Notes: a model not told the origin generated them from the letters alone. Counted from the stretch's first letter, positions 18,314 through 27,659 are shown. The stretch is DNA of 64,000 nucleotides from Acidimicrobiaceae bacterium (GCA_009844405.1 VYBO01000003.1:11214-75213); one strand, 5' to 3'. Numbers and translations are program-made.

Positions 18314-19776
18314 TACCCCAGCACGAAGGGGTCGCGGGTGGCGCCAGTCAGCTCCACCCACACCGTCTTGGTCAACAGGTAGCCGTCGAGGGCCTCGCGG
18401 CCGTTGTCCTTGCCGTAGCCGGACTGCTTGAACCCGCCGAAGGGCGCGGTGTAGCTGGCGGTGCGGTAGGTGTTGACCCAGACGGTGCCGGCGTGCAGCG
18501 CCCTCGACATCCGCAGGGCCCGGCGCACGTCGAGGGTCCACACGCCGGCGGCCAGCCCGTAGTCGGTGTCGTTGGCCAGCGTGACCGCCTCGTCCTCGTC
18601 GTCGAAGGTCATCATGGCCAGCACGGGGCCAAAGACTTCCTTGCGCACGATGGTGGTGTCGTTGGTGGCCCCCGTGATCACGGTGGGGCGCACGAACCGG
18701 CCTCCCAGGACGGGATCGACCTCCCCCCCGGCTGCGACGGTGGCTCCCTCGGCCCGGGCCTGCTCGATCATGGCCAGGATGCGGTCGCGCTGCGCGTCCG
18801 ACGCGGCCGGGCCCATCTCGGTGGCGAAGTCCGACGGGTCGCCCAGCACCAGCTCGCCAGCCCGGGCCGTGACCCTGGCCACGATGTCGTCGGCGACCCC
18901 CCGCTGCACGTAGGCGCGCGACCCCGCGATGCAGGTCTGGCCGCTGGCCGCGAAGATCCCGGCCAGCAGGCCGTTGGTGGCGGCTTCAGGGTCGGCGTCG
19001 TCGAAGATGATCTGGGGCGACTTGCCGCCCAGCTCCAGCACGGTCGGCACCAGGTTGCCGGCCGCGGCCCTGGCCACGTGGCGGGCGGTGTCGCCTCCGC
19101 CGGTGAAGGTGATCTTGTCGATGCCGGGATGGGCGGTCAGCGCGGCCCCCACCGACGGGCCTCCGGTGACCACGTTGATCACCCCCGGCGGGAAGCCGGC
19201 CTCGGCGGCCCGCTCGGCCAGCAGCAGCGCGGTGACCGGAGTGAGCTCGGACGGCTTCACCACTGCGGTGCAGCCTGCGGCCAGCAGCGGCGCCAGTTTC
19301 CAGGTCAGCAGCAACAGGGGCGAGTTCCACGGGATGATGGCGCCCACCACGCCGACGGGCACCTTCTCGGTGTAGACGAGGAAGTTGGGCGTGGGGCTGG
19401 GGATCTGCTCGCCACAGGTCTTGTCGGCCAGGCCGGCGAAGTAGTCGTAGTAGCTCTGGAGGCTCTTGGCCTGCGCCGAGGTCTCGCGGATGATCTTGCC
19501 GTTGTCGCGGGTCTCGATGGCGGCCAACTCGTCGGCGTCCCGGGTGAGGATCTCGCCCAGGCGACGCATGAGCCGGGCCCGCTCGGCCGCCGCCATCTGC
19601 GCCCACGGCCCGTCACTGACGGCCCGGCGGGCCGCGGCCACCGCCGCGTCGACGGCGTCGGGATCGTCGGCCACCTCCGCCCAGACCTCTCCTGTGAAGG
19701 GGTTGGCCGTGGTCATGCGGCGCCCGCCGGCGGGTGCGGCGAAGCCCCCGTCGATCCAGTTGTCGTAGGTCTGCAT
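18313..19776 (-). CDS. NAD(P)-dependent aldehyde dehydrogenase
   Basis: 487 aa with ELGGKSP and a catalytic Cys segment FAASGQTCIAGSR. Confidence 0.95.
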   Translation of the reverse strand: MQTYDNWIDGGFAAPAGGRRMTTANPFTGEVWAEVADDPDAVDAAVAAARRAVSDGPWAQMAAAERARLMRRLGEILTRDADELAAIETRDNGKIIRETSAQAKSLQSYYDYFAGLADKTCGEQIPSPTPNFLVYTEKVPVGVVGAIIPWNSPLLLLTWKLAPLLAAGCTAVVKPSELTPVTALLLAERAAEAGFPPGVINVVTGGPSVGAALTAHPGIDKITFTGGGDTARHVARAAAGNLVPTVLELGGKSPQIIFDDADPEAATNGLLAGIFAASGQTCIAGSRAYVQRGVADDIVARVTARAGELVLGDPSDFATEMGPAASDAQRDRILAMIEQARAEGATVAAGGEVDPVLGGRFVRPTVITGATNDTTIVRKEVFGPVLAMMTFDDEDEAVTLANDTDYGLAAGVWTLDVRRALRMSRALHAGTVWVNTYRTASYTAPFGGFKQSGYGKDNGREALDGYLLTKTVWVELTGATRDPFVLG

Positions 19777-19785
19777 GCGGGCCTC

Positions 19786-20010
19786 CTACTCGCTCGGCCT
19801 CTGGGGTTCGACAATGGAGACGGCCGCGCCCGGGCACCGGTGCACGACCACATCGGCTCGCGGGCGGGGCAGCGCACCCGACCCGACGACGGACGAGATC
19901 GCCTCGTCGTCGTCGACCAGGAAGACCTCGGGCTCCAGCATCTCGCACTGTCCCCCGCCGATGCACCGCTCGGCGTCGACGGCCACCCGGACCAACTCGG
20001 TACCGCTCAT
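19786..20010 (-). CDS. small ferredoxin (P450 redox partner type)
   Basis: 74 aa: MSGTELVRVAVDAERCIGGGQCEMLEPEVF...HRCPGAAVSI (CxxGxC...CP pattern). The ATG overlaps the P450 stop (ATGA at 20007..20010). Confidence 0.8.
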   Translation of the reverse strand: MSGTELVRVAVDAERCIGGGQCEMLEPEVFLVDDDEAISSVVGSGALPRPRADVVVHRCPGAAVSIVEPQRPSE

Positions 20011-21269
20011 GGGCCCCATCCTGGGGCCATGTCCACGGACAGCACGCCGTGCACGAAGTTCGACGCCACCCTCACGGGCTCGCCGCGCTGCTCCAGGAGC
20101 ATCCGCCTCGCGGCCATCTCCTGGAGCAGCACCGACACTTCGAGCCGGGCCAGGAACGCGCCCAGGCACAGGTGCGGCCCGCCGCCGCCGAAGGCGAAGT
20201 GCTCGTTGTCGCCGCGGCCGACGTCGAAGCGGAAGGGATCGGTGTAGGCGGCCTCGTCGCGGTTTGCGGAGGCGTACCACATGACCACCTTGTCGCCGGC
20301 CGCGATGGGGGTGCCGGCCAGCTCGCAGTCGGCGGCCGCCGTTCTGCGCATGTGCAGCACCGGGGTGGCCCAGCGGATGATCTCCTCGGTGGCCGGCTCG
20401 ACCAGATCCGGGTCGTCCACCACCCGCTGCCACTGGTCGGGATGGGCGGCCAGGGCCATGGCCCCGTGGCTGATGGCGGTGCGGGTGGTCTCGTTGCCGG
20501 CGAAGACCAGCAGGTGGAACAGGTGGCGGTACTCGTGGCGGGAGATTCGCCCGCCTTCGGCTTCGGCCTTGACCAGGTGGGTGACGAGGTCGTCGCAGGG
20601 CTCGGCCCGCCGTTTGGAGCGCATCTCGTCGCCGTACTCGAACAGGGCGTGGCTGGCCGGGCTGTTGAACGGCAGCAGGCGCAGCTCGGTGGTGTTGCCG
20701 AAGGCGTCGGGCGGCAGCGACTGGGTGTCGCTGGTGCCCTCCACCAGGTAGTTCGACAGCTCGACGAGGTAGCCGCCGTCGGCGACGGGCACGCCCAGCA
20801 TCGACAGGATCACCCGGATGGGCAGCGGGGCGGCCACCATCTCGACCCAGTCGCCGCCCCCCTCGGCCAGGAACTCGTCAAGCAGCTCGACGGTGATCTC
20901 CCGCACCGCGTCCTCCCAGCGGCGGATGTTCTTGGGGGTGAACGCCCCGGCCACCATGCGCCGCAGGCGGGTGTGGTCGGGGGCGTCGGTGTCGATCAGC
21001 GAGCGCCGGGCCTCCAGGGCGTCGGCCTCGAGGTCCCACAGGTTGGTGTGGCCGATGGCCGACGAGAACACCTTCGGGTTGCGCGACACCGCCCTGACGT
21101 CGGCGTGGCGGGTCACCGCCCAGAACCCGTTGTCGCCGTAGGGATGCCAGGCCAGCCCCGGCATGGCCCGGATCTCGGCGAACCGCTCGTGGGGGATGCC
21201 GTCGAGGTAGAGCCGCGGGTCGGCGATCTCCGGGGCCAGGGTCGGTGTGGAGGCGGCTGAAGGGCTCAT
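20007..21269 (-). CDS. cytochrome P450 (paralogue of 17051..18313)
   Basis: Heme loop FGGGGPHLCLGAFLARLE and FAGNETT. The N-terminal region is colinear with the other P450. Confidence 0.9.
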   Translation of the reverse strand: MSPSAASTPTLAPEIADPRLYLDGIPHERFAEIRAMPGLAWHPYGDNGFWAVTRHADVRAVSRNPKVFSSAIGHTNLWDLEADALEARRSLIDTDAPDHTRLRRMVAGAFTPKNIRRWEDAVREITVELLDEFLAEGGGDWVEMVAAPLPIRVILSMLGVPVADGGYLVELSNYLVEGTSDTQSLPPDAFGNTTELRLLPFNSPASHALFEYGDEMRSKRRAEPCDDLVTHLVKAEAEGGRISRHEYRHLFHLLVFAGNETTRTAISHGAMALAAHPDQWQRVVDDPDLVEPATEEIIRWATPVLHMRRTAAADCELAGTPIAAGDKVVMWYASANRDEAAYTDPFRFDVGRGDNEHFAFGGGGPHLCLGAFLARLEVSVLLQEMAARRMLLEQRGEPVRVASNFVHGVLSVDMAPGWGP

Positions 21270-21281
21270 AGGTCGGGTAGG

Positions 21282-22625
21282 TCAGCAGTGCGCCAGGAAA
21301 CGGTCTCGCTCCCAGTCGTTGACCGTCTCCGGGTCGGGAGAGTTCTCGGCGGCCAGGGCGAGCTCGTGCTCGGCGGTGCACAGGTAGTTCGTCGAGAAGT
21401 CCGTTCCGAGCGTCTCAGCCAGCGGGGAGCCGCGGTAGGCCGCGATGGCGTCGGCCAGGGTCGCGGGCAGCGGGGCGCAGTCGCCGGGGTTGGTGTACAT
21501 GTCGCCCTCGCTCATCGGCGGGACCGGTAGGCCCCGCTCGAGCCCGTCGCAGCCGGCGGCCAGCACCCCGGCGATCATCAGGTGGGCGGCGGCGTCGGCG
21601 CCGGCGGACCGGAACTCCACCCGGTTGCCCGACGAGCCGGCCTCGGTGATGCAGCGGGCCATCACGGTGCGGTTGTCCCCGCCCCAGTGCACGTGGGTGG
21701 GGGCGAAGGTGTAGGGCCTCACCCGCTTGGCCCCGTTGTCGGTGGGCGCTCCGAGCAGGCTCATGGATCGGGCATGCTCCAGCAGGCCTCCGAGCCACTT
21801 CGACATCAGCTCGTTGGGGGCGCCGTCGGAGTCGGCGAAGGCGTTGGCCCCGCCGACGTTGAGGCTGGTGTGGACGTGCATCCCCGAGCCCGACTGGTCA
21901 GCCCACGGCTTGGGCATGAAGGTGGCCCTCAGCCCATGGCGCACCGCCACCTGCTTGACGATGCTCTTGAAGACCGCCGTGGCGTCGGCCGCGGTCATGG
22001 CGTCGGCGTAGGAGATGTTGACCTCTATCAGCCCCGGTCCGTACTCGGCGTTGGAGGACTCCACGTCCAGCCCCGCGCCGAGCAGCCCGGCCCGCATGTC
22101 GGAGATACAGTCCTCGAGGACGACCGCGTCGGTGAGCGATGAGTACTTGATGTGGTCCTGGACCGGGCTCCAGTCCTCGCCGCACAGGTAGAACTCGAGC
22201 TCGGTGGCCGCTATCGGCTCGAATCCGAGGCCCCGGCAGCGCTCGATCTGTCTGGCCAGCACGCGCCGGGGGGACAGCTCGTGCGGCCGGCCGTGCTCGT
22301 CGAGAACGTCGGTGAAGACGATGGCGTAGCCGGGCTGGTGGGTGAAGATCCTCCCGGTGGACAGGTCGGGCATCAGCTTGCAGTCCAGATAGCCGGTGTC
22401 CATGTTGATGAACGGGTTGTCGGTCAGATCGTCCTGAGCGTCCATGATGAAGATGGCGTCGGCGATGGCCACGCCCGCGGTCGCCACGGTGCTGAAGAAC
22501 CGCTCGACCGGCACCCGCTTGCCTCGGAGATGCCCCTGCGTGTCGGGCGTGGCGACCTCGACGGTGTGCACTTCAGCGTCCCGGCACTCGTCCCGGAACC
22601 TGTCGGCTGCTTCTTTGTCGATCAT
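21282..22625 (-). CDS. glutamine synthetase-family gamma-glutamyl ligase (GlnA-like)
   Basis: 447 aa with GS catalytic-domain segments ELEFYL, NAEYGPGLIEVN and SGSGMHVHTSL. Confidence 0.85.
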   Translation of the reverse strand: MIDKEAADRFRDECRDAEVHTVEVATPDTQGHLRGKRVPVERFFSTVATAGVAIADAIFIMDAQDDLTDNPFINMDTGYLDCKLMPDLSTGRIFTHQPGYAIVFTDVLDEHGRPHELSPRRVLARQIERCRGLGFEPIAATELEFYLCGEDWSPVQDHIKYSSLTDAVVLEDCISDMRAGLLGAGLDVESSNAEYGPGLIEVNISYADAMTAADATAVFKSIVKQVAVRHGLRATFMPKPWADQSGSGMHVHTSLNVGGANAFADSDGAPNELMSKWLGGLLEHARSMSLLGAPTDNGAKRVRPYTFAPTHVHWGGDNRTVMARCITEAGSSGNRVEFRSAGADAAAHLMIAGVLAAGCDGLERGLPVPPMSEGDMYTNPGDCAPLPATLADAIAAYRGSPLAETLGTDFSTNYLCTAEHELALAAENSPDPETVNDWERDRFLAHC

Positions 22626-22671
22626 CGATGCTCCTAGTGGTTGCTTGACGTTTGGTTGACGAGAATGAGAA

Positions 22672-23634
22672 TCAGGCGACGGCCAGCACGACCCGCGACT
22701 CGACCTGGCCAGCTCGCAGCCGGTCGTGGGCGGCCTGGGCGGCCTCGAGCGGCAGCGTCTCCACCGGATTGAGGACCGAGGGCTCCCGCCCGGCCAGTTC
22801 GAGCAACTCGTCGAGCTGGGCTCGGCTGCCCCAGACGCTGGTCATGAAGCGGGCTTCGTGGGGCACTGCCCCGAAGCCGAACGGGATCCGGCCTCCGTAG
22901 AGCCCTACCGCCGCCACCAGTCCGAGCCGGGCCACTGCGCCCGCCGCGGCCGCCAGCGTGGCGTCGGTGCCGATGAAGTCGACGATGAAGTCGAACCGGG
23001 GCAGCTCGTCGCCCGGCCCGTACGCGTGGTGGGCGCCGCGCTCGAGCGCGGTGGCCCGCTTGGCCTCCGAGAGATCGAGCGCACCGACCTCGGCGTCACT
23101 GAGCAGCCGCAGGTACCGGAGGGCGTACTGGCCGAGTCCTCCCGCGCCGATCACCAGCGCCCTGCGGCGGCGGCCCGGGCGGCGCAGCGTGTCGAGACCC
23201 TGCGTCACGGCCCGGTAGGCGGTGAGACCGCCGCAGGCCAGCGGGGCGCTGACGACGGGGTCGAGGTCGCCGAGGGGCGCCAGGTAGGCGGTGTCGGGAA
23301 CCCGCATCTTCTCGGCGTAGCCGCCGTCGGAGAAGATGCCCGCCTCCCGGGCGTCGACGCAGATCATCTCCACGCCCTCATCGCAGAGTTCGCAGGCGCG
23401 GCATCCCCACGGCGCGTAGACCATGACCGGGCCCAGCCGCGGGTGCACGCCGGTCACCTCGTGGCCGAGGACCAGCGGCAGGGGGCTCGGGATCACTCCC
23501 TCCACCACGTGCAGGTCGGAATGGCAGACGCCGCACGCGGTGACTTCGATGACCTCGGCGGCAGGGTCGGGCTCGGGGTGGTCGCCGACGAAGCGTAGGC
23601 CGGTGTTGAACTCCTCCAGGACGACGGCTCTCAT
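22672..23634 (-). CDS. zinc-dependent alcohol dehydrogenase
   Basis: 320 aa with CGVCHSDLHVVEG and a GAGGLGQYALRY Rossmann motif. Confidence 0.9.
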   Translation of the reverse strand: MRAVVLEEFNTGLRFVGDHPEPDPAAEVIEVTACGVCHSDLHVVEGVIPSPLPLVLGHEVTGVHPRLGPVMVYAPWGCRACELCDEGVEMICVDAREAGIFSDGGYAEKMRVPDTAYLAPLGDLDPVVSAPLACGGLTAYRAVTQGLDTLRRPGRRRRALVIGAGGLGQYALRYLRLLSDAEVGALDLSEAKRATALERGAHHAYGPGDELPRFDFIVDFIGTDATLAAAAGAVARLGLVAAVGLYGGRIPFGFGAVPHEARFMTSVWGSRAQLDELLELAGREPSVLNPVETLPLEAAQAAHDRLRAGQVESRVVLAVA

Positions 23635-23652
23635 CCCACGGCCTCCTCAGAT

Positions 23653-23696
23653 CCCGCTCATGTTCGCTTCGCTCACGGGCCGCTCGGGCCACGGCC
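23653..23696. repeat. 44-nt intergenic repeat, copy A
   Basis: CCCGCTCATGTTCGCTTCGCTCACGGGCCGCTCGGGCCACGGCC; 43/44 identical to 43769..43812. Confidence 0.85.
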
Positions 23697-23752
23697 TCGC
23701 TCGGTGCCTGTCCAGGATCCTCACACGCTTCACCTACTCGCTCGGCCTCTGG

Positions 23753-24955
23753 CTAGTAGCTCTTGGGCAGGCCCAGGCACTTCTGGGCGATGAAGGCCAG
23801 CACAAGGTTGTTGTTGACCGGGGCCACCTGGTAGAGGCGGGTCTCACGCAGCTTGCGCTCGATGTCGTACTCGACCGCGAACCCGAACCCGCCGTGGGTG
23901 TTCAGCGCGGCGTTGCCCGCCTCCCAGGAAGCCTCCGAAGCCAGCATCTTCGCCATGTTGGCCTCCGCGCCGCACGGCTCGCCCCGGTCGAAGAGGTCGG
24001 CCGCCTTCCAGCGCATCAGGTCGGCGGCCTGGAGGTTGGCGTACGCCTTGGCCAGGGGGAACTGCACTCCCTGGTTCTTCCCGATGGGGCGTCCGAACAC
24101 CTCGCGCTGGCGGGCGTACTCGCTGGCCCGGTCGAGGAAGAACCGGCCGTCGCCGATGCACTCGGCCGCGATCAGGATCCGCTCGGCGTTCATGCCGTCG
24201 AGGATGTGGGAGAACCCCATCCCCTCGGTGCCGACGAGAGCGTCACCGTCGATCACCACGTCGTCGAAGAACACCTCGGTGGTGTTGTGGTTCATCATCG
24301 TTCCGATGGGGTTGATGGTCAGCCCCGGCACCAACTCCCCGTCGGGGCCCCGCAACTCGAAGATGAACACCGACAGCCCCGATGTGCGGTCGCCGGACTG
24401 GCCGGGCGCCGAGGTGCGGGCCAGCAGGATCATCAGGTCCGAGTGCAGCGCCCGCGACGTCCAGATCTTCTGGCCGTTGATGCGCCACTTGTCGCCGTCC
24501 CGTTCGGCGCGGGTGCGGATGGCGGTGGTCTCGGATCCGGCGGCCGGCTCGGTCACGCCGAACGCCTGGAGGCGCAGCCGCCCGTCGGCGATCGGGGGCA
24601 GGTAGCGCTGCTTCTGGGCCGCCGATCCGTGGCGCAGCAGGGTTCCCATCACATACATCTGGGCGTGGCAGGCACTGGGGTTGCCGCCGCCGGCCGAGAT
24701 CTCCTCCAGGATGACCGACGCCCCTGCCAGGCTGAGCCCGCCGCCCCCGTACTCCTCGGGGATCAGCGCGCCGAGCCAGCCCTGCTCGGTCAGCTCGGCC
24801 ACGAACTCCTCGGGGTAGCGATCAGGCTCGAGCTCGCGCCAGTAGGCGTTGCCGTACTTGTCGCACAGGCGCCGCACCTCGGTGCGGATCATCTCGAAGT
24901 CCTCGGCCGCGGCGACGGTGTGGGGCGGTGGCGGCGCGACGGCGGAGACGGTCAC
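23753..24955 (-). CDS. acyl-CoA dehydrogenase
   Basis: ACAD layout. Start set at GTG 24955, overlapping the GntR stop (GTGA). The track's extension to 25180 is discarded. Confidence 0.85.
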   Translation of the reverse strand: MTVSAVAPPPPHTVAAAEDFEMIRTEVRRLCDKYGNAYWRELEPDRYPEEFVAELTEQGWLGALIPEEYGGGGLSLAGASVILEEISAGGGNPSACHAQMYVMGTLLRHGSAAQKQRYLPPIADGRLRLQAFGVTEPAAGSETTAIRTRAERDGDKWRINGQKIWTSRALHSDLMILLARTSAPGQSGDRTSGLSVFIFELRGPDGELVPGLTINPIGTMMNHNTTEVFFDDVVIDGDALVGTEGMGFSHILDGMNAERILIAAECIGDGRFFLDRASEYARQREVFGRPIGKNQGVQFPLAKAYANLQAADLMRWKAADLFDRGEPCGAEANMAKMLASEASWEAGNAALNTHGGFGFAVEYDIERKLRETRLYQVAPVNNNLVLAFIAQKCLGLPKSY

Positions 24956-25638
24956 TGCTCCGCCTCCTCGTCCCAGTAGCCGTGGCGCTGGAGCAACTCG
25001 GCCGCGGCGAGGCCGCTCCGGTGCAGATGCTCCTCCATAGCTCGGCGGGCGCCGTCGGCATCGCGCGCGCTGATCGCCTCGAGGATGGCAGCGTGGTGCT
25101 GGACGGCCTGCGAGTCCCAGCCCTCGATGAACTCGTAGTAGCGCGACGGCACCGAGCTGACCAGGTGTCGCAGCAGCCAACGGGTCCGGCGGGGTGCGGC
25201 CGAGTTGATCACCCGATGGAAGGCGTTGTTCAAGGCCGACAGATCCTCGCCGCTGTCGTGCTCGAAGCGCTCGTGGATGGCGGTGAGTTCGGCGATCTCG
25301 TCGTCCTTGAGCGACTCGGCGGCCATGGCCGCGGCTCTTCCGGCCACTACCCCGAACAGTTCGTAGTGGTCGATGATGTCGTCGGGCGTGAGATGCGCCA
25401 CCGACGCGCCCCGGCGTGGGGTGACCTCCACCAGGCCCTCGCGTCCCAGTATCACCAAGGCCTCGCGCACCGGGCTGCGGCTCACGTCGAGCACCTCGCC
25501 GATGGCGGCCTGGTCGATCTTGGCGCCCGGCTTGAGCGCGCCGGCCAGGATGAGGTCGCGGACGTAGGTCACGACCTCGTCCGCGAGGCTGCCGCGCCGG
25601 CGACGCCCCGGATCGACGGGCGGGTACTCGACGTTCAC
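24952..25638 (-). CDS. GntR-family (FadR/FCD-type) transcriptional regulator
   Basis: 228 aa. Winged HTH LADEVVTYVRDLILAGALKPGAKIDQAAIGEVLDVSRSPVREAL plus a helical FCD-like C-terminus. Confidence 0.9.
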   Translation of the reverse strand: MNVEYPPVDPGRRRRGSLADEVVTYVRDLILAGALKPGAKIDQAAIGEVLDVSRSPVREALVILGREGLVEVTPRRGASVAHLTPDDIIDHYELFGVVAGRAAAMAAESLKDDEIAELTAIHERFEHDSGEDLSALNNAFHRVINSAAPRRTRWLLRHLVSSVPSRYYEFIEGWDSQAVQHHAAILEAISARDADGARRAMEEHLHRSGLAAAELLQRHGYWDEEAEQ

Positions 25639-25668
25639 GTCCGGTCCTCGCTCACGTCCGGTCCTCGC
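25635..25668. repeat. 17-nt x2 tandem duplication of a GTGA stop/start junction
   Basis: TCACGTCCGGTCCTCGC occurs twice, head to tail (25635..25651 and 25652..25668). Copy 2 carries the transporter stop and copy 1 carries the GntR GTG start. Confidence 0.9.
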
Positions 25669-27619
25669 CCGGCTGGGGGGCCTCGCTGTTCTGGAACTCC
25701 TCGCCCGGCTGGGCGGCCTCGCCCAGGTACGCAGCCTTCACCGCCGCGTCGGCCTGCACCTCGTCCGGCGTGCCGATGGCGATCATCCGGCCCTGGTCCA
25801 GGCAGTAGACCCGATCGCAGATCCCGGTGATGAAGTTGAGGTCGTGGTCGATCACCAGCACGCCCGCGCCCACGGCGGCCGCCATGCTCCGGACACTCTC
25901 CACCATGGCCAGCGACTCGGTGCCGCTCATGCCGCTGGTCGGCTCGTCTAGCAGCAGGAAGGCGGGAGCGGCCGCCGCCGCCCGAGCCAGCTCCAGGCGC
26001 CGGGAGTTCCCGTAGTCGAGCTGGCCGGCCCGGCGGTTGCGCTGCTCCCACAGGCCCGCTCCGGCGACGATGGCGTCGATGTCGGTCCGGGCGCCGCCGT
26101 TGCGATGGACCGAGGCCATGAGCGCGGCCACCTCCACGTTCTCCCGCACGGTGAGCGACGAGAACAGCCTGAGGTTCTGGAACGTGCGGACCAGGCCGGC
26201 ACGGGCGATCGCGTGGGACGGCTCCGACGCCAGGCCCATCTCGCCGAGATGCACCTCGCCGGAGGTGGGATCCACCATGCCGGTCATCACGTTCACAAGC
26301 GTCGTCTTGCCCGCTCCGTTGGGGCCGATCAAACCCACGACCTCGCGGTTGGAGACTTCGATCGAGGCGCCGTCGAGCGCCCGGAAGCCGCCGAATTCCA
26401 CCGTCACCCCGCTGACGGAGAGATCGAGGGCGTCGGGTTCTGGAGCCGCGCCCGCCGCGGCCGGGGGCTTCTGGCGGCTGAAGCGGCGCCACAGCGAGGC
26501 GTCGACCTCCCAGTCGTCGAGCACGCCGTTGGGTCGCCAGATCATGAACACGACCATGGCCAGGCCGAGCAGCACGGTCGGCAGTCCCTCCCGGAACACC
26601 CAGTCGAGGGGTCCGTCGAGACCGAGTCCGAAAACCTCGTAGCCGTCGGAGCCGAGGCGCCGGGCGCTCTCGCGCACTGCGGTGATCACCCCCACGCCCA
26701 GCAGGGCGCCGGTCACCCCGTTGCGGCCGCCGACGACCAGCATCACCAGCGTGAGCAGGGTGTACTGGAAGAAGAAGAACTCGGGGAGGAGGCTCCCGAT
26801 CTCGTAGACCCGCAGCGAGGCGGCCACCGCGACCACCGCCACCGACAACAACAGCGCGATCGTCTGCTGGACCACCGGGTTGATGCCCATGGCCCGGGCG
26901 GCAAGGTTGTCCTCGCGGGCCGCCTGGTTCAGCCGTCCGATGCTGCTTCGAGCGAACAGCAGGGCCAGCACGATCGACGCGAACAACACGATGTAGATGG
27001 GCGTGCGGGTCTGGAGCGTGTCGCCGATCCCGAAGGTCAGACCGGCCCGCTCGCCGCCGGTCAGCTCGTTCCAGCTGGCGGCCACCTCGTGGGTGAAGAA
27101 GAGCAGGGCCAGGGTGATGACGGTGGCCGCCACCGAGCCCGACCGGGCCCCGGACCGTCCCAGGCCGATCCCGACGATCACGGCCACGATGAGCGTGATC
27201 CCCAGAGCCACCGCGGTCGCAGGCAGGGGTCCCATCTCCACGTCGGCCAGTCCCCAGGGAGCATTCGGGATGCGGGTGTGCTTGTCTTCGGGCGCGATGG
27301 CGAAGATGGCGAAGGCGTACCCGGCCACCGCTCCGAAGCCGATATGGCCGAAGGAGAACACGCCGGTGTTGCCCACGTAGATCTGGATGCCGATCACCAT
27401 GATGGCGTCGATGAGCATCGCGGTGATCAGCTTCTCGGCCGACGCGCCCTCCACCATGACCGTGTACAGCAGCCCCGCGCCGACGAAGGCCGCGAACAGC
27501 ACGATCGCTCCGGCCAGCGGGAAGGCGACGTCGCGCCGCAGGTTGGGGAACAGCAGTCCGGCCTCGCGCCGGCGGTTCCCGGCCCATGCGGACAGAAGCG
27601 ACGATCGCGCCGCCATCAC
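25652..27619 (-). CDS. branched-chain-amino-acid-type ABC transporter, fused permease (LivM-like) and ATPase (LivG-like)
   Basis: 655 aa. A multi-TM N-terminal half, then GPNGAGKTT (Walker A), LDYGNSRRLELARA (signature variant) and LLLDEPTSG (Walker B). Confidence 0.85.
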   Translation of the reverse strand: MMAARSSLLSAWAGNRRREAGLLFPNLRRDVAFPLAGAIVLFAAFVGAGLLYTVMVEGASAEKLITAMLIDAIMVIGIQIYVGNTGVFSFGHIGFGAVAGYAFAIFAIAPEDKHTRIPNAPWGLADVEMGPLPATAVALGITLIVAVIVGIGLGRSGARSGSVAATVITLALLFFTHEVAASWNELTGGERAGLTFGIGDTLQTRTPIYIVLFASIVLALLFARSSIGRLNQAAREDNLAARAMGINPVVQQTIALLLSVAVVAVAASLRVYEIGSLLPEFFFFQYTLLTLVMLVVGGRNGVTGALLGVGVITAVRESARRLGSDGYEVFGLGLDGPLDWVFREGLPTVLLGLAMVVFMIWRPNGVLDDWEVDASLWRRFSRQKPPAAAGAAPEPDALDLSVSGVTVEFGGFRALDGASIEVSNREVVGLIGPNGAGKTTLVNVMTGMVDPTSGEVHLGEMGLASEPSHAIARAGLVRTFQNLRLFSSLTVRENVEVAALMASVHRNGGARTDIDAIVAGAGLWEQRNRRAGQLDYGNSRRLELARAAAAAPAFLLLDEPTSGMSGTESLAMVESVRSMAAAVGAGVLVIDHDLNFITGICDRVYCLDQGRMIAIGTPDEVQADAAVKAAYLGEAAQPGEEFQNSEAPQPGEDRT

Positions 27620-27659
27620 ACCCGTCCCCGGCCGAGGGCGGCCGCCGCCATCACACCCG
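27609..27659. repeat. 16-nt direct repeat (35-bp period) duplicating a TGATG stop/start junction
   Basis: GCCGCCATCACACCCG at 27609..27624 and 27644..27659. The distal copy holds the LivH stop and the proximal copy holds the LivM/G start. Confidence 0.9.

Noticed and set aside
25635-27587. 650-aa alternative-frame ORF on the same strand as the LivM/G fusion
   Set aside because: The other frame (25652..27619) contains TM helices and Walker A/B motifs. This frame is Arg/Gly/Pro-rich with no motifs.
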